From Mobula hypostoma (Eukaryota), in the NCBI RefSeq assembly GCF_963921235.1, contig NC_086097.1, positions 236,904,001 to 236,968,000 on the forward strand: a stretch of 64,000 nucleotides of DNA, in the 5' to 3' direction. Positions 39,215-50,296 of this stretch are shown here, in pieces (positions within the stretch are counted from its first letter, which is position 1; each line of letters opens with the position of its first letter). The position numbers and the translations under genes were made by a program. The notes below the pieces were generated by a model. It was given only the letters and a program-made list of their open reading frames with translations, had not been told where the DNA came from and did no database searches.

Positions 39215-42125
39215 CGGTTATGGTTTACAACTCTAAAACATAAAATCTAATTGAAAGGAAAACAAGGGAGTTGGGAAAAACTTGTGTACTTCATTTCATT
39301 TTTACTTTGAGTGTGGCATTCACATCAGACATGGGCCGTAATGATCTATGCTATTTCGTGCTTTTACATGTAACCTGTAACAAGGAAACTGGCAAGATTC
39401 TGATTTAGTTTTAGTGTATGTGTTCTGCTGACATTGCCCACAGTGCATTCTTTAGACTTTGTAAAAACCTTTCCATCATGCCATTTGTAGCTGAAAGGTA
39501 TAGTGCAGATGTAATATATCTTAATCCATTCATTTTCTGGAATGACTGAAACTGCCCCACTACAAATGGTGGTCCAACGTCACTGACTAAGTATTCTGGA
39601 TCTCCAGTCCTCGAGAAGTGGCTTCTCAACACATCAACACTGTGCAAGGCTGTACTGGAGACTATTGTGAATACTTCTGACCATTTTATAGCTGCATTTA
39701 CTACTACTAAAAAATTTGTGCCAATGAATGGTATGGCAAATGCATACAAATCTCTTCCCGGGTAATGTAGGCCATTCCCACGGATCGAGAGGTGCTACTT
39801 TTGACATCTGCTGGACGTGTTGGCATCCCGAACAGTGTATAGCAAGCTGCTCAATCTGCTGATCTGTCCCAGGCCACCAGACATAGCTTCGAGCCCTTGC
39901 TTTCTTCTTGACCACACTTAGAAGACCAGCATGCAGCTCTTCCAAACTTTAGCTCTCAGCCTTGATGGTACAACAACTTTCAATTCCCACATAAGGCAAC
40001 TTCTGTTGAGGGCAAGTTCATCCCAGTGTTGGTAAAAATGGTGGGACTGGAGATTCTGTTGCACATTTCAGTCATTTTGGGTTGCCATGTAGACCTGAGA
40101 TAGTGTGGGGTCTTTTCTGATTTCCCTTTGGATCACCTCTGCCATAATAGTGAGACTTTTGATTTGCATTAGAGAGAATACATCAAGAGAAGTGTCCTCC
40201 TTTGTAAATTTATCAGGTACTGTATTTCCTTTTCTAAGGGTTAATGGGGTAACACGTGACACAACTGCAACTATACAGGACAACGTGGATCATAATTTGT
40301 GAGTATAGTGTATGATGAACCGTTTCCTTTGGAAAGCCATCTCACACTACTTTGTTCATTGCTATTTCTTCCTGATCTACAGAAATGAGTTCAAAGCCTG
40401 GAGAACCGTAGCCAGGTTTGGCAGGAACCTGTTATAGTAATTCACAAATCTTACAAAGGACTGTAACTGTGAAACATCCTTTGGCCTTGGGGCACCACCA
40501 CTGCTTGAATTTTCTCAGCACACTTGTGTAATTTTTGTGCATCAGTGGTGTGACCACAGTAAATTTTGCTCGGTTAAAGAATTCACACTTGTTAAGACAT
40601 GCTCTGTGTCCAGAATCTTCTAATCTTTTTAACACTGTCTTGAGATTTTGGAGATGTCCCCATTATCCTTACCAGTAACAATTATGGCATCCAGATAACA
40701 CTGAGTGCCTAGACATCCTTGAAGCAACTGGCCCATAGCTTTCCTCCAGAAAAGTTTGCAAAGATATTCTCTATCCTGGACAGAGGGTATTGACCTCCTT
40801 TCACTGCTGTGTTGATAGTGATCTTAAAATCACCACAGATCCTGACAGACCCATTCTTCATGGCTCCTGGGACCACTGGTGTTGCCCATGGGCTCCAGTC
40901 AACCTTGGAAAGAATTCCTGCAGCCTTCATGCATTCTAGCTCACTGGTTACTTTACCACGAATGGTATAAGGAACTGGATGGGCTTGTAAAAGTTTGGTG
41001 TGGCATTTTCATTTAACGCTATTTTACCCTTGATATGTTTGAGTTTTCCATTGCCATCCTTGAACACTGCTGTGGCATCATCCAGTACCTTATTTAATTC
41101 AACACACCCAAAATGCTTGAGGAAATCAGCAGGTCAGGCAGCATCTATGGAAGTGAATAAAGAGTTGGCATTTCAGGCCAAGACCCTTCTTCCGGACTGC
41201 TTTCAGATGACTCTATTGCAGGGGGTGTGGCGCGGAAATGGTGGATGGATCTCCAATCAAGTTGTAGTTGTCTCAGCCATTTACGGCCCCGCAATGCAGT
41301 CCCTCCAGCTTTTACCACATACAAGCCCAATATGGCTTGTTGGTTGTTGTCTTTCACTGTTATACATGTTATCTTTTCTCCAGTATATGTTCTTAATTAG
41401 TTATCTTTAAGCTTCAGTTCAGTATCTTTGAAATGCTATTCAAACTCATTTTGTATCCGTTCCAGTAGCCAATTCCATTTTCATTAATTTGCCATTCACT
41501 TCTGGCATTAGCCATATTGCTCGTCTATTATTAGTTTTCACATTATAAACTTCAAGAACACCCAGTCCTGTGTCACTCTCAACATTATCACATCTGTCAT
41601 AAACAGCACATAGATTAGTGCTCTTTTTGAAACTGCAGTTTGGCTTTTCATCTTTTTCTCTTCCTTCGGAAATCCATTAATTTTGTCTGCCTGACATGCT
41701 CTTTCTATGTGTCCTACTTTGTTACATTTTCTGCAAGTCACGCCTTTAAACTTGCTGATCTGTAAGAGCCACCACCACAATGATAATGGAATTTGTTTGG
41801 TGAGGCCAGTTTCTGTTTAGATGTTGCAATTTTATTCACACTAACTTTCATTCCTGACTGCAACTCACTTGTGTCTCTGGCTGCTGTTTCCATTGATACA
41901 ACAATTTCAACTGCTCTTTTTAAATAGTTGTGCTTTAGTTAGGAGCCGATTTTGAGTGCTTTCCTATAAGATTCCACAAACTAAGCAATCTCTCATTAAG
42001 TCTATCTTTGAAGTGGCAATGCTCGGATAATCTCTCCAATTCAGCCGTATATGCTGAAATGGGGATGCCCCTTCCTTTTGATTCTGCTTATCAAACCTGA
42101 TGCATTCTGCAATCAACAGGCCAGG
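39213..42125 (-). mobile_element. Degraded Gypsy element (gag, protease, RT, integrase, one probable LTR at ~39213-39382)
   Basis: CRKCNKVGHIERAC knuckle, WSPWATPVV..VRICGDFKITIN RT, ELHAG..KARARSYVWWPG..C..C integrase. A PLE fragment is inserted at ~41100-41200. Confidence 0.88.
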
Positions 42126-42296
42126 ATAAACCTTGGGCTGTGGGAGTTGTGACACTGTGCTGCCTTAAACCTTAAATTTTGCCACTTGCTGCCATTAAGA
42201 TGTAAGAAAATCAAGTAATTTGACAGGATATGTTGTAAGGGCTCACTTTTAGCTAAATACTTATTGCCTTCCACGTCAATGAGCAGATACAATCAA

Positions 42297-42875
42297 AGGG
42301 GCTGCCACGGTAGAGTAGCAATTAGCACAATGCTATTACAACTCGGGGTGTCGGGTATGGAGTTCAATACCAGCACTCTCTGAAAGGAGTTTGTACGTCC
42401 TTCTCATGGAATGCGTGGGTTTCCTCTGGGTGCTCCTGTTTCCTCCCACAGTCCAAAAACGTACCAGATAGTAAGTTGTAAATTGTCCTGTGATTAATTT
42501 TGGGTTAAATTCGGGGTTGTTGGAAGGGCTTGAAAGGAATATCTCTAAATAAATAATATTAAAAGACAGTCTTCATTTTTGGATGACTTGGGCAGCACAG
42601 TAACGTGGCAGCTTACGTAACAGTTTACAATGCCCGCGATCGGGTTCCATATCTGCCTTTGTGAGGAGTTTGTATGACCGTATGGGCTTCCTCTGGTCCT
42701 CTCTCATATTCTAAAGGCATACGGTTATAGTTAGTAAGTTAGGGTCATGTCATGTTGGTACTGCATGCGTGGTGACACTCCTGGGCTACCCCCAGCTCAA
42801 TCCTCGCTGATTTGATTTGACACAAATTACTCATTTCGATGTGCATGTGACAAATAAAGATAATTTTTATCTTTA
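42297..42875 (+). mobile_element. Two tandem V-SINE/HE1-like SINEs (~42297-42555, ~42590-42875)
   Basis: tRNA-like heads plus ggagtttgtacgtcc...gcgtgggtttcctctgggtgctcctgtttcctcccacagtccaaa. Confidence 0.75.
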
Positions 42876-43189
42876 TTATTTGATGATTCACTATGACTTA
42901 TTGACTCCATCATTTATGCCGATTTACCTGGTTTAATAGAATATAGTATTTGAACAGGTTCTGTTTTGCTGTCTCAGAAGATGGCATTCAGCAATCACTC
43001 CACAGACCTCCTAATGCTGGTGCTTGAAAAAAAAGCTGCCCATGGGGTCGCATGAAATTAAAAATATTGAGTATGTATAGCACTTTATATATCCTTAGAA
43101 TGGCCCAAAGATGGTCACAGCCAACAAAACTTGCTCACTATTATTCTCTGTGTAGCAAAGTTTCACAAGTTAGACTCTCATCTCACTGT

Positions 43190-43530
43190 GGCCATCAGGT
43201 AGGAGGTAGGCCTCAGGTGCCACACCACCATGTTCAGGAACACACTTCGACCATCAGGCTCCTGAACTAGCATGGAAAACTTGGCTCACCACAATACTGA
43301 ACTGAATACAACCTATGGATTCGCTTTCAAGGAATCTACAACTCATGTTCTTAGTATTTATTTGTTCTTTTTTTCGTATTTGAACAGTTTGTCTTTTTTT
43401 CTGGCTGCTTGTCAGCTTGTTTATAATTTTTCATTGATCCTATTGTATTTCTTGTTCTGTGAATGCCTGCAGGAAAATGACTCTCAGGGTAGTATATGTA
43501 CTTTGATATCACATTTGCTTAGTACTTTGA
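43190..43530 (+). mobile_element. Rex1-type 3' fragment
   Basis: ccatcaggtaggagg...caccaccatgttcaggaac...ccatcaggctcctgaac, with a tail like the one at 1140-1605. Confidence 0.65.
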
Positions 43531-43974
43531 GATGTACAGTAATGTTCCACAAATAAAAAGCATGACAACTAATGGAACCTTTTATATTGATGGAGAGATA
43601 AATTGTGACCATGGTGTTGGCAGAATATCCCTTTTATTCACTTAATTCTTCCATATTATCTTACACAGCAGCTAAGCAGGCACATAGGCTCTTATTTTAC
43701 CGCCCAATCTGAAATACTGGTATCCTTGGCAACACAGGATGCCAATCCAGCGTTCTGCACTAAAAATGTAGGTTATCATTGGTGGTGGAAAAAAAAACAA
43801 ACAGCTGAAAACTCTCAGCAGGTCAGGCAGCATCTGTGAAATAAGAAGCAGAGTTAACGTTTCGGCTCAAATGCTCTTCACCAATTACCATTGACCCACA
43901 AAGAACAGTTTTAAAATAAATCATGGAGTTGACATATACTTGCAGGAACAGCAAAATAGCCCACGTCAACAACA

Positions 43975-45990
43975 TTTACAAAAGCATTGAGCCATTTATT
44001 TTTTACAATGTATTGAAAATTTACATCATAGATTCATACATTTTACAAACTCTTTTTCATAAAAATATATTTCTTTACAAAAGAAATTTTTATGCATCTA
44101 ATCATAATAAACATGATACAGAAGAGTAAGGAGGTTGTACATGAAATTTCTTTCAGGTACAGTTTAATATTTATTCTAATTTTGTGGATGTACTTTGTTT
44201 ATTGCAGTCATATGTGGGTACAAACTTGGGTGAGCAGGAATATATGATTCAATTTAAAGCAAAATAATTTCTGTTGATTTGACAATAGCTTAAGATGCAC
44301 TGTGAAATTCGTATATTTCAATGTAATCAATTCTTGTGATTAAAGATAATTGGATCTTCAAGCCAAAAGGCTGGTCTTGAACCAGGAAGTAAACCACTCA
44401 AAGGGCATTTTAGGAGCACAATCTTGGCTGCAATTAATTTTTGGTAGGCACAATGCAAACATTACAGTTACAGCAATAGTAATATCTTCAGTTAGTGGAT
44501 AATCCTTCCAGAAAAATTAAACAAATTATTTTATTTTGATTGTACTTTTTTAACTTTACATGCGAGTGCTTTTTTTTATCACAGTGGTAATAATCTTTTG
44601 CACGTAATGAGTTGAGCTTCAGAGTGTGACCAGCTGTTCAATAGCGATGAAAAGTGGAGACTTATCACTTCTGCAATGCTTTGTATGGCATGGCTCTACC
44701 CGTTAAGGCAAATGTTAAAGAAGGTGACCAATAGGAGTGTAAGGTGTCATGTGGAGTTTGGCTGCCATTATAACAGTAGAATAAACATCTGATACCAAGA
44801 TGAACTCCCAGATATATCACGATCATCCATGCAAGAGATACATTTCTTGACTCTCGTTGATAAACAGACTCAGAATTCATTAACATCTACTGTGCAGATG
44901 TACAACGTAAAAACAAATACATTTTCTTCATAAAGAATGGTCAAGGCAAACAACTGATTTAGGTGATATCCCCTAGTACTGTAGACTATAATCTGATGTA
45001 TAAAACTCCAATCAGATTTAATCAGGTGTGTTTGATCTAATTGCCATAAATTTGTAACCATAATACCATATCGATAATGCAAAACGCTTGACATCCACAC
45101 CATAAATCACCTAATGTTGAAAGGGTCTGGATGAACTGTTGTAAGCACGTACATAAGACCATAACTTTATTAGATAATAAATAAGATGGTATGTTGCAAT
45201 AAAAAACACAATAGAATAATTAAATAATAATGAAGCATGCAACACATCGTGCATATGCGTCTTTTGAAAATTATATAGTATAAATATTCTTCATTTTATT
45301 CTGTGGCGAGAATTCAATATTTTGTACGAAGAATACCAATTTAAATCAAAAAAAGGTGAAAAATTAAATAAATGAAAAGATTTTTCTTGGCAATCAAAAA
45401 AGACTGTTAGTGTTCCATAGAAATCTGTTTAGTGAGGATCACACTGGCCGCTTTATACTCAAGTATTCAAAATCAGTTTTGCAGTGGTACCTTATAAATT
45501 TTTCTTTTTACACTTAACACTAGAAAGCAAAACCTGTAATAATGTTACTATACAGTACTTCATGGTCTTTGTTACATATTCAGTGTCCCAACCTTCATGC
45601 CAAATCCTAGCCCCTATTGTTTGTCACATTGAAAACAGTGGTTCAATGCTCCTCAAGTATCTGTAGTTTTCTTCTGAGAGAGTACTTAGGTTTTATTTTG
45701 AAAAAATTGTGGCTAAGCACTCTTAGAGTGCAGCTAAAGTTGCTGAAAAGCTCTCCAGTGACAGAAGGAAGAGCATATCTGTTCCAACTGGGCGAGCCAT
45801 GAAATTGTGTTCGTTTCCTTTTCTGGTTCTTCAGATAAATCTGGTACATTAAATTCCTGAAAAATGTGCTTTAAATAGCAGTGAACCAAATGTGCATTGT
45901 ACATAAGTTGGTTTAGTCAAAATCTAGATGTCCCAAGGATGCAAAGCGCTAGATGTTTATCAGGCTATGTAATCAAACCAAGTTTCTGCC
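43975..45990 (-). other. CSMD3: CSMD3 3'UTR (~2 kb)
   Basis: AT-rich stretch with no recognisable TE, running from the stop codon to a poly(A) signal. The 3' end is inferred. Confidence 0.7.
43995..44000 (-). terminator. Probable CSMD3 polyadenylation signal AATAAA
   Basis: Plus-strand tttatt. On the minus strand it is followed by GU/U-rich sequence (ttttgtaaatgttgttg...), and repeats resume at about 43880. Confidence 0.6.
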
Positions 45991-46150
45991 TTATACCATT
46001 GTACAGACGGTGTTGAGATTGGGATCGAATCGAACTGCCTTGCCTTCTGCTGATTTTGCACTTGTGTCATACATTGGATTTTCAAAAGCTGCTTGACCAT
46101 TATTATTTTCATGTACAGAGCAGCCGGTGTACTGTGTCTTGGGAGCAGTC
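45991..46150 (-). CDS. CSMD3: CSMD3 last coding exon (cytoplasmic tail)
   Basis: Translation (R)TAPKTQYTGCSVHENNNGQAAFENPMYDTSAKSAEGKAVRFDPNLNTVCTMV*. Acceptor tttctttttcttcAG, stop TAA at 45993-45991. Contains an NPxY motif and a C-terminal T-x-V PDZ-type motif. Confidence 0.97.
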
Positions 46151-46231
46151 CTGAAGAAAAAGAAATAACAGCATTGAATCTAAGTCCTTGGCAAAATATC
46201 ACGAGAATAGAATCAAACAGCACAAATAGAA

Positions 46232-46795
46232 TATCAGTGAGATCCGATGTAGATTGGGAGACTGCATCACCTCCTCTACTGCCATGATGAGACCACACTC
46301 AGGTTGGAGGAGCAACACCTTATATTCTGCCTGGGTAGCCTCCAACTTGATGGCATGAACATCAATTTCTTGAACTTCTCGTAACTGCACCCCCCCCCCA
46401 CCATTCCCATTCACATTTTCCTCTCTCGCATTTTCCTTACCTGCCCAACACCTCCCTCTGGTGCTCTTCCCCCTTCCCCTTCTTCCATGGTATTCTATCC
46501 TCTCCTATCAGATTCCCTCTTGTCCAGTCCTTTATCTCTTTCACCTATCAACTTCCCAGCTCTTTACTTCAACACTCCCCTTTCCCATTTCATTTATCAC
46601 CTACCATCTTGTACGTCTTCCTCCCCTTCCCCCACCTTCTTGATCTAACTTCTCTTTTTTTCCAGTCCTGATAAATGTCTCAGCCCGGAACGTCGACTGT
46701 TTATTCTTTTCCACAAATGCTGCCTGGCCTGCAGAGTTCCTCCACAATTTGTGTGTGTTACTTGGATTTCCAACATCTGCAGATTTCCTCATCTT
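46232..46795 (+). mobile_element. Penelope-like fragment (GIY-YIG end + pLTR, degenerate hammerhead at ~46663-46699) in the last CSMD3 intron
   Basis: Matches 18360-18600 and the pLTR. 13-bp TSD agcacaaatagaa (46219-46231 / 46796-46808). Confidence 0.88.
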
Positions 46796-47558
46796 AGCAC
46801 AAATAGAAGTTTTGGCCATCATACCTTAATCAGTTTCCTGAAATATCTACCATTTAATTCCACTCTATTGTTGATGCTCAAGGTCGACAAAATTTAGTTT
46901 TTAAAAGAATATATCCAATTTCTTTTTCAAGTTTCTATTAAATCTTCATCTGGCACACTTTTTGGGAATTGATTCCAGTTCGTAACCATTCATTGCATGA
47001 AGTAATTTCTTATTTCCTTACTCTGATTTTAACCTTTTTTTACCAATCATAATATTGAAAGTGTTTCACAATTACTTTTTTGCAATATTTTTTACAATGA
47101 TCACTCAATGTAAAGCATAATTATAAATGAGCAGAGGAATTAATTTCCACATTGATTTTCTTGTTACTAGTTCTATAGGAATTAACACTTCTCTATATTC
47201 AATAAATATTATTTCCAAGGGATTGTCAGCTGTGTTTTTAAGAATCGTTTCTGAAATTTTGCCATATCTTTACCATGATCTAAGGGAACAACAACTGCTT
47301 ATGACTTCAGTCATAAATTATTATCAATAATAAATCTCATTTATCAAAATTACATAGTTCCTTTTTCTGGGGTGCAAGGCCAGTCCCACTGCATTAAGCT
47401 TTGGGTGCTCTCTTCAGTGGAATACTGGATTCTCTGGGCCTTTACACTAAATCTATGTGGGGTCTCCAGACTGTATATCAACCTTGAATAAATGCACGTT
47501 GAAGAAGTTCAAGCTTAAAATTGATTTTAATCATGACAAAATGTTGGATGAGACCTAC

Positions 47559-47694
47559 CTTTGTTTATAAAGGTAAAACCCAAATCCTGCAAATATAAGA
47601 GCAAAAAAAGGCACAAGGATGGCGATGGCAACAGAGCTACTATTTGTACCATGTGGTTGATTGGGGAAATTCGAGCCTTGACTTGAGTTCAGAC
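47559..47694 (-). CDS. CSMD3: CSMD3 penultimate coding exon (transmembrane helix)
   Basis: Translation (G)LNSSQGSNFPNQPHGTNSSSVAIAILVPFFALIFAGFGFYLYKQ(R). Acceptor ctttgcctacAG, donor GTaggt. 136 bp, phase 1 to phase 2. Confidence 0.97.
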
Positions 47695-47839
47695 CTGTAG
47701 GCAAAGATATACATATCAGTCACAACAGAGCATCAGAGAAATTACACAGTCAGAAATATTCATATTCTAACCTCCACATTCCTTCTCATTCCTGTGGGAA
47801 ATTAGATTTTGGCTTCACTTATTCCCTGCCAAATTGTAC

Positions 47840-48025
47840 TCCTTCTCCTCCCTCCATCTTCTTACTTTGGCTTCTTCCCCTTCCTCTTCAGTCCTGATAA
47901 AGGGTCTCAGGTTAAAATGTGGTTGTTTATTCCTCTCTGTAGATGCTGACTGACCTGTTGAGTCCCTTCAGCATTTTGTGTGTGTTACTCTGGATTTCCA
48001 GCATCTGCAGAATCTCTTGTGTTTT
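47840..48025 (+). mobile_element. Degenerate PLE pLTR fragment
   Basis: cagtcctgataaagggtctc...gatgctgactgacctg...tttccagcatctgcagaatctcttgtg. Confidence 0.75.
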
Positions 48026-48689
48026 ATTAGGTCCAAGTTTTCTTAACTAGGTAAAATTGTCATTCCAGAATTAAAAAAAAGGTTTTAACATCAGTTTTTA
48101 TTGCTGGATTATCTTAATACCAATAATCAATCAGGAGTCATCTTTTCTTTAATCACTTTGATTGATGAGATAGTGTTCACTAATGTAGCTACTGTTTTTG
48201 ATCTACACTTGACTTTTAGATTAGTTTCTTTTCATTTTGTAACATTTAAGATTATGTAGATTGCATGTATTATTGCAGAGATAATTGAAATGAATAATTT
48301 GTACTAAAGTAATTCTGCTGAGCTTTTTAAAATTACTATCACCATGGTTGAGTAATTTATTGAGTTTGCTCAAGGGTCAGTGTAATTGTCAAAAGTAATA
48401 GTATCCTGTTTAAATGAACAGCAAGTCTTGCATTCAAACTTTTATCTTCTTCAAATGATAGTTTATGCCACTGGTTTAGATGAAAGCAGTTTTTTTACGG
48501 ACATGACAAGCCATTAACTTCAAATATCAATGTTTGCTAAATTACTATTTAAATGAAAGTATAGTTTGCTCAAAATAACCCTATTTTAAGAAGTTTTATG
48601 CCACAGTCTCCCTTAGTTCTTCAGCTTGAATCTTGAGCCAATTTTTTTTTTGGTCCTTAGAAATTAATGCTTTGTGACAGTTGGTAGAG

Positions 48690-49645
48690 ATATGATGGCA
48701 AGTCATTGGGGATATTTACGGCAGAAGTTGATAGATTTTTGATTAGTCGGGGTGTGAAGAGAGACAGAGAGAAGGCTGGAGATTGGGGCTGAGAGGGAAA
48801 ATGGATCAGTTATGATGAAACGACAAAGCACACTCATATCTTATGGTCTAAAATAATAATTTAGAATTATCATAGCTCACTAGTACATCGTAATTTAGAA
48901 TAAATCTATTTTGCAATTAGCACAAATAAGTTAATAAAAACATTTGCAAGTTATCATCATTTTAAAAGGTATCATGTTTTCCTTCAACATAAAAGATGTT
49001 TAAAACAACTCAAAATAGGAAACCAACTGAACTTGGACCATAAGACAGAGCAGAATTAGACTATTTGTCCCTTCAAGTAGGCCTCACCATTCCATCATGG
49101 GTGACTTATTATCCCTTTTAACACCTGCCTTCTCCCTGTAACCTTTAACACCCATACTAATCAAGAATCTATCAAACTCAACTTTAAAAATTCCCGATGA
49201 CTTGGCCCGCACAGCTGTCTGTGGAAATGAGTTCCACATATTCACCACTCTCTGGCTAAAGAAATTCCTCCTTATCTCTGTTCTAAAGGGACATCCTTGT
49301 ATTCTAAGGTGAGGCTGTGATCTCTCCCTTGTATTCTGAAGCTGAGACTTCTCGTCTTAGATTCCTCCACTACTGGAATCATCCTTTTCAAGTTCACTCT
49401 ATCTAAATTTTTCAGTATTCAATAGGTTTCAACGCTATCCCCTTCATTCTTCTAAACTCCTATGGGTACAGGCCCAAAGCCATTAAATCTCCTCATGCAT
49501 ACAACCTTTCATTGCCAGCATCAACCTCTGCTGGATCCTCTATAATGCCAGCAGATCCTTTCTTTGATAAGGAATCCAAAGGTGCTCACAATACTTCAAA
49601 GGTGGTCTGACCAATGCCTTATAAAGCCCCAGCATTACATCCAGT
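48690..49645. mobile_element. CR1 3' fragments (+ at ~48690-48850, - at ~49035-49645)
   Basis: CR1 tail and RT C-terminal similarity. Confidence 0.75.
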
Positions 49646-50296
49646 AACTTCTGCAAATTACCCTGCAGAGAAGTGTTTCAATCGAGATAAATATGTGAAA
49701 TCATATACCTTTGCAGGAGTGCCTGTTAATTCTCATATCAAAGGAAATTAAAGCCTCTCCACTCATTTTCTTTGTTGCAATGTATACTTAAATTTTCTAC
49801 CTTTTAAGACCACTAGGTCAACTGCCTGCAGGTATCCTCAGGCCAATTATAAGGTAACTCCTCAGGGTGTGGGTAGTTTTCAGTTTGCCGCAGGCAAGTT
49901 TTGCTTTGAGCACTCTGCAAACTTTGCTCAGTAGATCCAGCTACAGTACAGCGAAACTTTCTTCTATTCTTATGCTTTTAATCATTGGCAACAATGTTTG
50001 AGCTGTGACAAAGCCTTCAAAGGGTCCAGTGCTTTGATGAGTTCACTTGAGGTGGTATTGTTATGCTGGGCGTGGCATGAAGATTTGGAAGATGTGATTA
50101 TCAGATGAGTGTAGCATTAGACCCTTGCCTGATTCTGATGACTTAGAACTGAAGTTGGCAACAACTTGACTGTACTACCATCACACTTTGAGAGTAATGA
50201 CTGACTGCAAACTCAGTCGGGAAAAAATAGATGAAACAAGATCGCAATTTATTGTCCAAATGCTGGTAGTGTTATTGATGTTTGTTTATTATTGTC

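Noticed and set aside
44665..45103. Minus-strand ORFs of 73 and 77 aa with a hydrophobic stretch
   Set aside because: They lie downstream of the CSMD3 stop within the 3'UTR, with no recognisable homology or splice context; likely chance ORFs.
45960..46298. 112-aa minus-strand ORF over the last CSMD3 exon
   Set aside because: Wrong frame, and it starts in a Penelope fragment. The true exon is 46150-45991 in another frame.
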